Below the pieces are notes generated by a model that saw nothing but the letters and a program-made list of their open reading frames with translations, was not told the origin of the DNA and made no database searches. The position numbers and the translations under genes were made by a program. A DNA stretch of 35,569 nucleotides. Source: an uncultured Gemmatimonadota bacterium (GTDB lineage: Bacteria > SM23-81). The stretch spans positions 1-35,569 of the forward strand of contig CAZOYL010000005.1 of the NCBI GenBank assembly GCA_964584035.1, in the 5' to 3' direction. This document shows, piece by piece, positions 1 to 10,600 of the stretch. How positions within the stretch are numbered: position 1 is the stretch's first letter; each line of letters starts with the position of its first letter.

Positions 1-63
1 AATATCCTTTCAGATCCGTTCCCCCGCCCACAAAACTGACTCTCAATGGTGTCTGCGTTATAA

Positions 64-828
64 TCACCGTGACTCTCCCGTCACCTCTTGGCTGGGATGT
101 TCGTTTGCTCGTGACGCCTGAAACCCCCGCCAGTTCCTCAGCGCGTCCAAGTACTTCTCGAGGGTACCGATATCCTGAAGATATTCCTTGATCACTTTTC
201 CGTACATTCGATCCACGACCCGGGGCATGACATCTCCGCCCAGGTCGAATCTCTTCTTCCGGGGAAACAGAGAAAAAATCCCGGGATCCATGACCAGTAC
301 ACCGGCGTTGGCCAGATCGCTGCGGGGCTGATCCGGTTTCTCCTCGAAGGCGCGCACTCTCCCGGTCTCATCAAGTTCCACGATGCCGCACTGCCGCGGC
401 ACCGTGGTATGGAAAAGTCCCATGGTGACCAGACCATCATGAGTCCGGTGAAATCGGATCAGGGCACCGAGATCCACATTGGTTAAATTATCGGCATAGA
501 GAACCAGGAATTCCTTTTCCCGTCGAACGAAATCGATATTGGCGGCCAGGGTACCCCCGCTGCCCATCAGCTGCTCCTCCGGAAAAAGCCGGATACGCAA
601 ATCGCCGATCTCCACGGTATGAGCGCATTCATCATGAATATATTGAGTGACAAGGTCTGCATGGTGATGAAGGTTGATCAATACCTCATCGACGCCATAC
701 CGTTGACAAAGAGAGAGCCAGTAATACAATAGGGGCCTGCCGGCGACAGGAACAAGGCACTTGGGCCGCAGACGAGTCAGGGGACGAAGTCTTTTTCCCA
801 GACCGGCCGCCAACAGAAAAGCTTTCAA
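64..828 (-). CDS. Sugar-phosphate nucleotidyltransferase (NTP_transferase; mannose-1-P guanylyltransferase/HddC-like)
   Basis: N-terminal KAFLLAAGLGKRLRPLT..PKCL motif, GSGG, YADN, FEEKP, DIGT; TTG start. Confidence 0.9.
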   Translation of the reverse strand: MKAFLLAAGLGKRLRPLTRLRPKCLVPVAGRPLLYYWLSLCQRYGVDEVLINLHHHADLVTQYIHDECAHTVEIGDLRIRLFPEEQLMGSGGTLAANIDFVRREKEFLVLYADNLTNVDLGALIRFHRTHDGLVTMGLFHTTVPRQCGIVELDETGRVRAFEEKPDQPRSDLANAGVLVMDPGIFSLFPRKKRFDLGGDVMPRVVDRMYGKVIKEYLQDIGTLEKYLDALRNWRGFQASRANEHPSQEVTGESR

Positions 829-861
829 CCGGATACTCCTCTCGAGCTGCAGTCGCCCGAA

Positions 862-1620
862 CTACAAACGGCGGTAGATAGGTCTGGGAATGACATACTG
901 GCGCTTATTGAGAACCACACCCAGAATGTTCGCTTTGGCGTTCTTGAGAATTTCCTGAGCCCGGCGAATGATCTCCCAGCGGGTCTTCCCGGCCTGCACC
1001 ACGAGAATGATACCATCCAGCAATCGTCCCAGCACCACGGCATCGGCATAGGCCAAAGCCGGCGAACTGTCAAAGATCACCCACGAATACTGTTTTTTCC
1101 ATTCCGCCAACGCTTCTCTGAAATGCGCTGAGCCCAAGAGCCGGGGGGCATCCTGTGTGGGAGTCCCCGCCGTGATGATGAACAGGCCGGGGAACTCGGT
1201 CTCCCGGATGATGTCGCTGGCCGAGGCTTGACCGTCTAGAACGTCTGCCAGTCCGCTGTTACGCTCCAGACCGAAGAGACTGTGGAGCGAGGGGCGGCGA
1301 AGATTGGCGTCCACTAACAGAACCTTTTCGCCATTTCCCTGAACAATCGAACGGGCGAACTGAGCACAGACCGAGGAGGTGCCCTCTCCGTGAATGGAGC
1401 TCAGGAACAGAATGGCCTTGATCTCACGGTCGGTATCGATCGTTCTGAGCGCACTGGACATTTTCTGGTATTCCTCTGCCGGAATCGCAGAGCGTGAAGA
1501 TGAGCGTTCGCTGAATGGAACTGATCGTTCGTCCGCCCCGGTCACCGGCATTTGAGCATCCGGCATCCGGCGTTCCTTGTCCCGTTCGGCCTTTTTCAAT
1601 GCCTCATAGATCTCACTCAT
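862..1620 (-). CDS. CpsD/CapB-family BY-kinase-like protein (cytoplasmic half of a split Wzc), degenerate Walker A
   Basis: SSIHGEGTSS (Walker A-like), LLVDANLRRP (A'), VIFDSSP (B), GVVLNKR; overlaps the upstream ATPase gene by 8 nt. Confidence 0.88.
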   Translation of the reverse strand: MSEIYEALKKAERDKERRMPDAQMPVTGADERSVPFSERSSSRSAIPAEEYQKMSSALRTIDTDREIKAILFLSSIHGEGTSSVCAQFARSIVQGNGEKVLLVDANLRRPSLHSLFGLERNSGLADVLDGQASASDIIRETEFPGLFIITAGTPTQDAPRLLGSAHFREALAEWKKQYSWVIFDSSPALAYADAVVLGRLLDGIILVVQAGKTRWEIIRRAQEILKNAKANILGVVLNKRQYVIPRPIYRRL

Positions 1621-3016
1621 CCCTCACTCCTTCAGAGGAGGTCCATTCACCTGCCAGCATCCCGGTGATTCGATCATCCCCAGCGAGCCCTGACAGCGGC
1701 ATCGGCTGTGCAAATTGAAAGGTGCCGCCGGCGACATGTTCCCGGGCCGCTTCCAGGGCCGATCGGTAATCGTCATACCGTCCCACCATCACCCGGTACC
1801 ATCGCCCGGATTCGGTCAGTTCTATAGGCAGAATAAAGATCGGCTGGAAACGGTTCTTTGTCAGCGACTGCGCCAATCTCTCGGCTCTGGAAAGATCTCG
1901 AAACGAAGCCACGTGCACGGAATACGGGGCCTCTGGCCCCGGGTCCGGAAGAGCATAGGAGCCGTCGTTCGTGACGGACCACCAGGAGGATGTCCCCACC
2001 ATGCCCATGGAGAGCAGCATGGCGTCCTGGAGTTCGCTATTCGACTCTCCTGTATTTAAGGGCAGACTGCACAGGATGGCGGCGGCCAGAAGCCCGGTGG
2101 CCGCCAGCATGTGCCGAATGGTCCGCCACGGCCAGGAACTTTTCTGTTTGCCGATCGCAGCGAGTTGCCGCTGCGGTGGCGACGACTCCGGCGGCTCCGG
2201 CAAAACTCCCTGAGCCGCCAGACCGGTCACGGTCTCGCGAATAAGGGACAGGCCGATCTGCTGGCATCCCCTGGCATAACCCAGCACCAGAGCCCGGTTG
2301 CAGACCATATTGATGAGCCGCGGAATGCCGTTTGTCCAACGATAGATCTCTGTGATCGCTTCGCGGCAGAAGGGGCCGTCCTGAGATATTCCAGCCACCC
2401 GAAGACGGTGGGCGATATACTGGTCACACTCCTCGGCGCTCAACGGACCGATCTGATATCGGGCATTGATACGCTGCCGGAGCTGGCGAAGCTTCGGCAT
2501 AGCCAGTTTGGCGCCCAATTCCGGCTGTCCGACCATGATGATCTGGAGCAGTTTTTCCCGGTCGGTCTCCAGATTGGACAGCATCCGTATTTCTTCCAGA
2601 AGACGATAATTCAGGTTCTGCGCCTCATCGATCACAAGAACGCACTGGATACCCTGGGTATATTGACGTAGCAGAAATTGATGCAGATCCAGGAGGAGCT
2701 CCGTCTTGGTCCCAGCCGAGGTCTTCATACCGAAATCGGCGGCCATCATGCGAAACAGCCCCTTGGCCGTCAGTGCTGTATTGAATACAAAGGCCGTTCT
2801 GGTGGATGCATCCAGTTCATTCAACAGGGCGTGCAGCAGAGTGGTCTTGCCGGTGCCCACCTCCCCGGTGATGGCCACGAACCCGGTTCGCTCACGAAGC
2901 CCATACTGAAGATAGGCCAGGGCCTCTCTGTGCTGGGGGCTGAGATAAAGAAATCTCGGGTCGGGCGTCACTCCGAAGGGCTTTTCAATCAAACCATAGA
3001 ATTGTTCATACATCAT
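1613..3016 (-). CDS. ExeA/GspA-family AAA ATPase (similar to the PEP-CTERM-associated ATPase) with a TM segment and C-terminal SPOR domain
   Basis: MYEQFYGL..KPF..TPDPRFLY, GEVGTGKTT, VIDEAQNL, GQPEL, GIPRLIN; C-terminal YSVHVASF...WYRVMVGRY (SPOR). Confidence 0.88.
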   Translation of the reverse strand: MMYEQFYGLIEKPFGVTPDPRFLYLSPQHREALAYLQYGLRERTGFVAITGEVGTGKTTLLHALLNELDASTRTAFVFNTALTAKGLFRMMAADFGMKTSAGTKTELLLDLHQFLLRQYTQGIQCVLVIDEAQNLNYRLLEEIRMLSNLETDREKLLQIIMVGQPELGAKLAMPKLRQLRQRINARYQIGPLSAEECDQYIAHRLRVAGISQDGPFCREAITEIYRWTNGIPRLINMVCNRALVLGYARGCQQIGLSLIRETVTGLAAQGVLPEPPESSPPQRQLAAIGKQKSSWPWRTIRHMLAATGLLAAAILCSLPLNTGESNSELQDAMLLSMGMVGTSSWWSVTNDGSYALPDPGPEAPYSVHVASFRDLSRAERLAQSLTKNRFQPIFILPIELTESGRWYRVMVGRYDDYRSALEAAREHVAGGTFQFAQPMPLSGLAGDDRITGMLAGEWTSSEGVRDE

Positions 3017-3063
3017 GATGTCCCAACTCGAACAAGAGGATCAGGGCGATCCCGGCTCGATGC

Positions 3064-4503
3064 TCAGGATGACTTCACATCGGGGATCGAGGCCAGAACG
3101 GGAAGATTCAGATAATGCTCCACATCCTCGCTGGTCCGCAGGGAGTGATCCATGTACTCAAGCACGAAGGCCAGCCCGAATCCTCCGATGAAACCGATCA
3201 GACATCCCACGAATAACAATAATCCCTTCTGTGGTTTGACCGGTTTTCTCGGCAGGGCGGCCGGACTGATGACGGAGACATTGGCCAGCCGGCGGTCGCT
3301 GGCCTCTGTAACGCGGGCCTCCTCCCGTTTGAGTATCAGCATGGAGTAGACTTCCTTGTGATTCTCGATGGCCCGCTGGAGCTTGGAAATAGTGAGTTCT
3401 TTTTCCGGCAGCGTCTTGACCTCGGTGTAGAGCATGTTGACCGTGGAGCGCAGAGCATTTTCCTCCGCCCTGAGGGCCGACAAAGAGGTTTCCTGAAGTT
3501 CGATGACCTTTTCCACTTCTACTTTGAGATCCGCCTCGGCCAGCGCAATCTCTTGACGCAGATTCCTGACCTCACGGTGATCCTCGGTGAATTTGGTCAG
3601 CAGTTCATTGAGGCTCAGGCGCAGGGTAATAAGCCGATCATTCATTCCGGCGATCACGGCTTCTTCCCTGATCTCCATGGAGGGCACCAGGGGCTGGAGC
3701 GAAGAGGTCCAATACTCTCGAACCTTGGCCAGCTTGGACTCGGTGCTGATGATGTCCTTTCTAACGGCCGTCAGAGAGGTCTCGAACTCATTGAGCTTGT
3801 TCAGCAGAATAACCTGCTGCTTCTCATACGACAGCAGAGCTTCCTGCTGCCGGTAATCCTTCAGGGCCGATTCCAGCTGATCTAAATTCTGCCTGGCCAC
3901 TTCGATCTGCTCTTCGAAGAAGTCCACGGCTCCGCTGGAGCGGTAGACCCTGGTGCGATAATCGATATAGGCCTCGGAAGCGGCATTGACTACATCCATG
4001 GCTCTCTGGGGATTGGTCGAACGAAAACTGATCAGGATGACATCCGATTTTTTCACCGGTTCGGCCTCAATGCCCCGCTGGATAGCCATAATCCTGGCAG
4101 ACTGCTCCTCCTCACTGTCCCCCGATGCCTGCGGAGCCGCCGTTTCAGCATCGGGCAGCTCCTCCCCGGATGGGTCTCCCTGGTTAAGCTGATCCAGTCT
4201 GTGGATGACATTCTCGGCGACGGCGCGGCTCTTGATCAGCTCGATTTCGGAGTTGATTTCCTCTTCCAGCTCAAACCTTCGAGTCAGGGGTATCCACGGA
4301 GCCACCCTGAGAATCGCTTCAGGGACCTCACGATTGATGATCACCTTGGCAGAGCTCTCATAGACTGGTTCGGCCAGCATGATGCCGATGATGACCGTCA
4401 CCACAGTGACGATAAAAACGGCGATGATCAGCTTCAGGCGTTTGAAGATGACGAACAACACATCTCTGGTGGAAATAATCCTGCTCTGAGTCTGCTCAGC
4501 CAT
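3064..4503 (-). CDS. Polysaccharide chain-length determinant / co-polymerase (Wzz/GumC, membrane half of a split Wzc)
   Basis: N-terminal TM, PVYES, E.ELIKSR, long coiled coil, NVSVISPA..P..PVKP, second TM, EYMDHSLR..EDVE..L.LPVLASIP. Confidence 0.9.
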   Translation of the reverse strand: MAEQTQSRIISTRDVLFVIFKRLKLIIAVFIVTVVTVIIGIMLAEPVYESSAKVIINREVPEAILRVAPWIPLTRRFELEEEINSEIELIKSRAVAENVIHRLDQLNQGDPSGEELPDAETAAPQASGDSEEEQSARIMAIQRGIEAEPVKKSDVILISFRSTNPQRAMDVVNAASEAYIDYRTRVYRSSGAVDFFEEQIEVARQNLDQLESALKDYRQQEALLSYEKQQVILLNKLNEFETSLTAVRKDIISTESKLAKVREYWTSSLQPLVPSMEIREEAVIAGMNDRLITLRLSLNELLTKFTEDHREVRNLRQEIALAEADLKVEVEKVIELQETSLSALRAEENALRSTVNMLYTEVKTLPEKELTISKLQRAIENHKEVYSMLILKREEARVTEASDRRLANVSVISPAALPRKPVKPQKGLLLFVGCLIGFIGGFGLAFVLEYMDHSLRTSEDVEHYLNLPVLASIPDVKSS

Positions 4504-4530
4504 ACCGCGTATCTCCTGAATCGAACCTGC

Positions 4531-5382
4531 TTATGGATTGTAGCGATGGTCTTCCGGGTGGAGAACATCATAGCCCTTGAGATAAAAGCTCATCGGCGGG
4601 CTTAATTTAGTGAAAAATTGTTCCATAAACAGATTCAACTGGGCGATAAAGGTACTGGGCACGTAAACGATTTCGCTGCCCCGCAGATAGGGATCGTGCT
4701 CACGGCTGCCGCCGACGGCCCTGGTCAGATTGAGGCGCTCCGGGTGGGGCGCCCCGGAGGCGTCCTTCGTGATGAGAATGACGCTGCTCAATTTGGCCGT
4801 GTTCTTGAATCCCTCGGCCAGGGCGATGGCTCCCAGTACCGTCGTTCCATAAGGATTCAGTGGATATCCGCCCGGTTGATTCACTTCGCCGAGCACATAA
4901 ACGACGTCCTCGCCGATCTGTTCAACGATGACGCTGACGTCGGGATCCCGAATGATCTCGGCGTACTTCACGGTGATCAGCTCATCCAGCTGGGGGGGCG
5001 TCATGCCGACCACCAGGACGTCTCCCAGGCGAGGCAGCGTGATCCGGCCATCCGGCCGAATGGTGACGGTTTGGTTAAATTCCGGATCATAGAAAAACTT
5101 GACTGAGATAATGTCCCCATATCCGAGACGATATTCCCCCCCCGGGGGAGATTCAGGGGGCTGTTGGACCGGAACGGAAATCCTCTCGACTTCACCCTGG
5201 GTGACAGGCCTGGCCCTTTCCTCGACAGGCGCTGCTTCCGCGATCTCAACGGGAGGTTCCGGTTCCTTCTCCACCGGCGGCCGCCCTCGTAACCGGACAC
5301 AGGAAAAAGAGCTCATCGTGCCGGTCAAGAGCCCCGCGGACAGGAACGCGACAAGCGTCGCCTTGATCCATCGTTTCCTCAC
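4531..5382 (-). CDS. wza: Polysaccharide export lipoprotein (Wza/Poly_export + SLBB)
   Basis: Lipobox-like SFSC, YRLGYGD, IRPDGRITLP, VYVLGEVNQPGGY, AIALAEG. Confidence 0.88.
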   Translation of the reverse strand: MRKRWIKATLVAFLSAGLLTGTMSSFSCVRLRGRPPVEKEPEPPVEIAEAAPVEERARPVTQGEVERISVPVQQPPESPPGGEYRLGYGDIISVKFFYDPEFNQTVTIRPDGRITLPRLGDVLVVGMTPPQLDELITVKYAEIIRDPDVSVIVEQIGEDVVYVLGEVNQPGGYPLNPYGTTVLGAIALAEGFKNTAKLSSVILITKDASGAPHPERLNLTRAVGGSREHDPYLRGSEIVYVPSTFIAQLNLFMEQFFTKLSPPMSFYLKGYDVLHPEDHRYNP

Positions 5383-5412
5383 GGATGTATAACCTCCTCA
5401 TAAGACGTCCGG

Positions 5413-6399
5413 CTATTCGATCTTTTGTCGATCCCGGTACCACTGGACGAACAGGGCAATACCTTTCTCGATCGGTACCCGGGGCCGATATCCCAGCATG
5501 TCGCGAGCCTTCTCGATATGAGCGCAGGTTCTTTGAACATCGCCGGGCTGTCTGGGCAAAGACCGCAGACAGGCCCGCCGAGAAAGATGTTCCTCGATGA
5601 TCTCGATTAAATGTCCCAGGGTTACCGGCCGGGAGTCCCCTAAATTAAATATTTCAAATTCGAAGGGGGCTTTCAGGGCCGCCACCAGGCCATCGATAAT
5701 ATCTTCGATATAGGTATAGTCACGCTCCGAACTGCCATCCCCAAACAGGGGCACATCCTGTCCCTCCTCGATCAAATGAACGAATTTATGGATAGCCATT
5801 TCCGGCCTCTGACGCGGGCCGTAGACGGTGAACAGCCTTAAACATCCTACGGAAATGCCATAGAGCTGGTGATAGGCGGAAGCCATCAGCTCCCCGGCCC
5901 TCTTGGTAGCCGCATAGACGGACTGAGGGCAATCGACTCGATCGCTCTCTCTGGATGGAGCGGAATTCACCTCACCATAGACAGAGGAGGATGAGGCAAA
6001 CAAGACCTTTTTAATGCCGTACCGATGTGCCATTTCCAGCACGTTCAGGGTTCCCTGCACATTGATCTGCTCATAGAGGCCGGGCTGCTTTAAAGAAGGC
6101 CGCACCCCGGGTCGTGCGGCCAGATGCACTACAGCCTCTATGGACGACCGGGCAAACAGATGATCGAGCAGATCGAGATCGCGGATGTCGCCCTCCATGA
6201 ACCGGTAGTTCTCGTGGCCGAGAGCGGAAGCGATATTCTTTCGTTTGATCTGGGGATCATAGTACTCATCAAAATTATCCAGGCCGACCACGTTGACGCC
6301 GCTGGCCAGCAGGCGTTCGGCCAGGTGAGAACCTATGAAACCGGCTCCGCCGGTCACCAGAACCTGTTGATAGGGAATTGTATCAGGCACATTTGCCAC
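5413..6399 (-). CDS. NAD-dependent epimerase, UDP-glucuronate 4-epimerase-like
   Basis: VTGGAGFIGSH, HLAARPGVRPS, ASSSSVYG, YAATK, FTVYGPRQRPEMA, QPGDV. Confidence 0.9.
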   Translation of the reverse strand: MANVPDTIPYQQVLVTGGAGFIGSHLAERLLASGVNVVGLDNFDEYYDPQIKRKNIASALGHENYRFMEGDIRDLDLLDHLFARSSIEAVVHLAARPGVRPSLKQPGLYEQINVQGTLNVLEMAHRYGIKKVLFASSSSVYGEVNSAPSRESDRVDCPQSVYAATKRAGELMASAYHQLYGISVGCLRLFTVYGPRQRPEMAIHKFVHLIEEGQDVPLFGDGSSERDYTYIEDIIDGLVAALKAPFEFEIFNLGDSRPVTLGHLIEIIEEHLSRRACLRSLPRQPGDVQRTCAHIEKARDMLGYRPRVPIEKGIALFVQWYRDRQKIE

Positions 6400-6479
6400 C
6401 GTGAAAACTCCGTCTGTGATCGGAGATGGATCAATTTACATACGTAAGTATAAGGAAAAAGAAAGGTATGTCCTGTTAC

Positions 6480-6496
6480 AGCAAAATATATGCCGT
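6480..6496 (-). promoter_or_regulatory. sigma54 (-24/-12) promoter for the epimerase-wza-wzz operon
   Basis: Minus strand ACGGCATATATTTTGCT: GG-N10-GC, ~80 nt upstream of the epimerase start. Confidence 0.7.
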
Positions 6497-6530
6497 ATTC
6501 TAACTCATTCGTCTTCCGGGCGGCGAATCA

Positions 6531-7559
6531 TCAGAAAGCCACCGCGGCACTCAACCGATGGGTATTGCCCAGCTCATATCCTACGAAAGCATAATCCAGT
6601 CTGACCATATAAAGCTTCAGACCGGCTCCGGCGGTAAAATCGTTCACATCTGCTCCGCCTCGAAGAAAGACCATATCGCGGAAGGCGTATTCGCCGCCAT
6701 AACGAACGTCCTGACCGTATTGATCGTCCAGTTGAGCCGCCAGGGTGACGACGCTGGACAGTGAGCTCAACGCCTGGCTGAAGGCCAGGCCGATGCGGAG
6801 ACTTGGGGTGACCTCATCCTGATGGTCACCATCGGTATCCCAGGTCAATTTCGTGCCCACATTCTGCATGGCGAAACCGAGCGAAACATACCGGGTCGAG
6901 GTTTCGGGGGATTCGGATGTCAGGCCGATGCGCAACAGAGTGCCCAGATCAAATCCCTGTCCGGTCCCGCTGCGGTCATCCAGGGATTGAGAGATGTATT
7001 TCCCGCTGGCGCCGAGAGCAAACTCTATGGGGATCATCAAGGGCGTCAGTCCGCCTCCCATGAACAGGTCGAAATCGAAACGCTTGGCGACCGAGAAGAC
7101 ATAGGCCTGCTCGGTATCGCTGAAGGCGCCTTCCGACTCTCCATCCGAGCGCCATTCCGGATGGGCCTGGCCGATGCGATCTGAGCTGGTGCCCAGCAAG
7201 GCATCGTAGCGGGGGATATTGTCAACCCCGAGCCGGATCCAGGTCAGTCCCAGGCCGATGCTGTGGCCCACCGGAACGCTGAGGGTGAAGGCATCAAAGT
7301 TGGCCAGTTCATCGAACATAGTCACGTGACTGAAACCGATTTCAGGTCCTCTGACAAAAGGCAACCCGGCCGGATTCCAATAGTTGGCGGTGGCATCATC
7401 GGCCACGGCCACGTAGGCCCCTCCCATGGCCAGAGCTCTGGCGCCGATACCCTCGGACAGAAATTCGGCGGCGTACTTCCCGGCCGATGCTTCGGGCGGC
7501 TGGAGGAATATCAGCAACAGCCCCATGACGGCCATACACACCCGTGTCGTTTTCATCAT
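6531..7559 (-). CDS. PorV/PorQ-like (UPF0164/FadL-like) outer-membrane beta-barrel
   Basis: Signal peptide, FLSEGIGARALAMGGAYVAVADDATANYWNPAGL, C-terminal LDYAF...LGNTHRLS...F; directly downstream of the C25 peptidase. Confidence 0.85.
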   Translation of the reverse strand: MMKTTRVCMAVMGLLLIFLQPPEASAGKYAAEFLSEGIGARALAMGGAYVAVADDATANYWNPAGLPFVRGPEIGFSHVTMFDELANFDAFTLSVPVGHSIGLGLTWIRLGVDNIPRYDALLGTSSDRIGQAHPEWRSDGESEGAFSDTEQAYVFSVAKRFDFDLFMGGGLTPLMIPIEFALGASGKYISQSLDDRSGTGQGFDLGTLLRIGLTSESPETSTRYVSLGFAMQNVGTKLTWDTDGDHQDEVTPSLRIGLAFSQALSSLSSVVTLAAQLDDQYGQDVRYGGEYAFRDMVFLRGGADVNDFTAGAGLKLYMVRLDYAFVGYELGNTHRLSAAVAF

Positions 7560-7652
7560 CGATCAGCTCCTGCTGGTAAGATACTCACCTGGCCGATACC
7601 GGCCGTGTCTGGCTCTTCTGTATTCCGTCTTCATTCTGCTCGCTCTGTTCGC

Positions 7653-10600
7653 TCACTCCAGTTTGGCCATCTTTCCGACGACGGGAGACATCTTTTCACC
7701 GTTGCCCCCGGTGATAGACATCTTGTAATAGTAGACCCCATTGGCCACCATCTCTCCCTCGCTGTCGCGGCCGTCCCAGACGATTTCGACATAGCCCGGC
7801 CCTACACTTCGGCGGCGAAATTCACGGATCAGCCGGCCCCGCACGGTGTAGATCTTTAATAGCACCTGTTCGGCCGGCGCGTCGGAGGCCACCACGAAGG
7901 CGAACACCGTCTCGGTTTGAAAAGGATTGGGATGATTGGCGACGAAGGGGATCTCGAAACCGGAATATACGCCGAAACTGATGGAGTCGGCAGCGACATT
8001 ACCGAGACAGTCCCAGGCCTTGACTTTAAAGGCGTAAAGCCCAGAAGAGAGATGGGGCGCGAAGGTCAGTAACGAGAGGTTGCTGGTTTGAGGCGAATAA
8101 TCCAGTGAATATTCATCGGCATTCACCGGATTGCCGTTCAGGGTGATCTCCACCGCGGCGGTACTCATATCGATGCCGTTCTCATCCTCGATGGCCGTTG
8201 AGATGATGGGATCGGAGGAGATGTAATCTCCATCAGCGAAGGACTGCCCCTCCACATTGATACGCACCAGGGGCGCCTGATCATCCTCGACGGCGAACAG
8301 ACCGAAGATGCCCAACCGCCCGATCTGAGCTTGAACCATGGTGGATTCCGGCGTGATCGTTTGCTCAGAGGCCAGCACCCACCGTTCGATATCGGAGTCG
8401 AAACGACAGATCTTCAGATGAGCCATCTGCGCGGCCAGGTCGGTCAGGCTGTCCTGAGAGTGATACCAGAAGGTCAGGGCGGCCCCGCCCGAGTTCAAGG
8501 CTGCCGAGGTGTCGGACCAGATCAGGCCATAGGCGGCCCGGCTGCTGTCCTTCAGAACGGCCGCAGAGAGACCGGGCTGATGGTAGGTGAGCGGATCGTA
8601 GCTTTGCCAGTAGTCCTCCGAATCGGCCCCCTGGTCATCGATCAACAATAGGGAGCTGAGATTCACCGATCCGGGATCGATCCGGCAGCCCATGTTGCCG
8701 CCGGTGTGATGGACCCGGGCATTGACACCCCTGACCGAGGAGCCCTGTTGAGAGGTGATCAGAAAAGTGTTGGTGAACTCCCGGCTGGCTCGATCATCGA
8801 AGGTCGGAGCCTGCTCGATCTGTCCGTATCGATCCAGCCAGACGTAGACATTATGGGATTCCCCGGGACCTTCCCAGGGAACGGACACGAAGATCGAGTC
8901 ACTCGCCGGAACGGTGACCCATTGGTCCGCTCCGATGGGACGGTTGGAATCGGGATGGTCATCGTAGAATTGAATCAGCACCGAGTCCAAAGAAACCACT
9001 CCGGTGTTATGGATCCAGGCGCCCACGGAAAACTGATCGTTCTGGACAAAGGCGGATAGGTCCCGTTTGGCCACCCACAGATTGGGTATTCGGGCGACCT
9101 GAAAATACCGCACCGAGCTGGTATCGGAGTGCGTCGAGGGCGATCCCCCCACACCGCCATAGTGAACCACGACCCGGTAATAGACATAAGCCCCGCCCTG
9201 AACGGAGAAGGCTTCGTTGGTCCGGTAGGTGCTTCCGCCCTGGTGCGACATGGGAATGTGATTATACAACCACGTGTCACGGAGCCCCCACTGGACCTTG
9301 ACCGTATCCGGTCCATCGGGATCCAACCCGCTGCCCAGATCCACATCGACCAGGATGTAGATATCCTCCCAGGCTGTGGGCTCCTCCGGCTGATGCCGGA
9401 TATCTCGGATATAGGGAGCATCCAGATAGATGGGGGCCCAGCCGATCGCATCGGTCTGGTCGTTCCAGAAGTAAGCTCTGACCGATTTCTGTCCGGAGGT
9501 CGGCCGGTAAAAGGGATATTCCGGCATGGTATCTGGAAGCTCGACCTGCCAATTGAAGTTTCCGCCGCTGACCGACAGGGTCTCCTGAACGGTCGGGATA
9601 CGGGCAGTGTAAATCTTGTCGGAGGCATCGATCTGGGTGGTGTCGGCCAGCCAGCCGGTGGAATCGACCTCTCCTAAGGAAATCTCGACGTTCCCCTCGA
9701 GACTACCCGGTAGGCTGCCCGTCAGGGAGATCGTTTCCTCGAGGGGAAGGGAATGATCCGGCATACTCAGGGACACGGTCTGCTCCGGAAGGCCCAGTCG
9801 GGTGACCGGATCCCCGAGGAGGTTGAAGACATCGACCAGTTCCTGCGAGATCCGCCGCGGGCCCAGCTTTCCCTGGGTGAAAAGCTCTCCCAGGTTACGG
9901 ACACCGTCCTCGAAGATCGACTCGAAGATATTCTGGCCCAGCAGATTGTCTTCATTGGCCCAGGCTACGCCGGAGGATCCAAAGTGAGCCACCGCGCCCT
10001 TGTCCTTGGCCCTGAGAATCTCCTCTCCCAGAGAGCTTTGCTGGTTATTGTCGAAAAAACCCACGAAGCAGGTCAGGCTCAGGACCACCGGAAGCCGCCG
10101 CTCATTCTCCAGAAATTCCACATGATCAAGCAGAAAGAAGTTCGCATCGAACCAGACGCTCCCCCCGCCGTGTCCGGTGAAGGTGGCCAGAGCAACGCCC
10201 TCTTTCCACTGGTCCAGAAGGTCCTGGGTGGTGCCGAAATGAACCGAGCCGGACTTGGTATAAATCCTGGGGGCATCGTATCCCGGGGGCACGAAGGCGC
10301 TGTCCAGGCCCACGCAGCCCGCCTCAAAGGAGACCCCCTCTCCGGCCAGCAGCTGGATGCGCTTTCTCCAGGGGCCGATCAGCGGGTCGGCCTCGTACTG
10401 AATCACCTTGTCAACGATCACATCGGCCTGTTCCACGGTGTTAACCGGGAAACGGCCGACGAACATGTCCGGCAATTTATCATCGCCCACCAGGCAGACC
10501 AGCCGGTTGTCGGCGGCCGAGGTCCCCCAGGCAGAGGTCCAGGCCATCATGGTGGGTACATAACAATTTTGTTTCCAATAGGATCGGTGCGTGACGGGTT

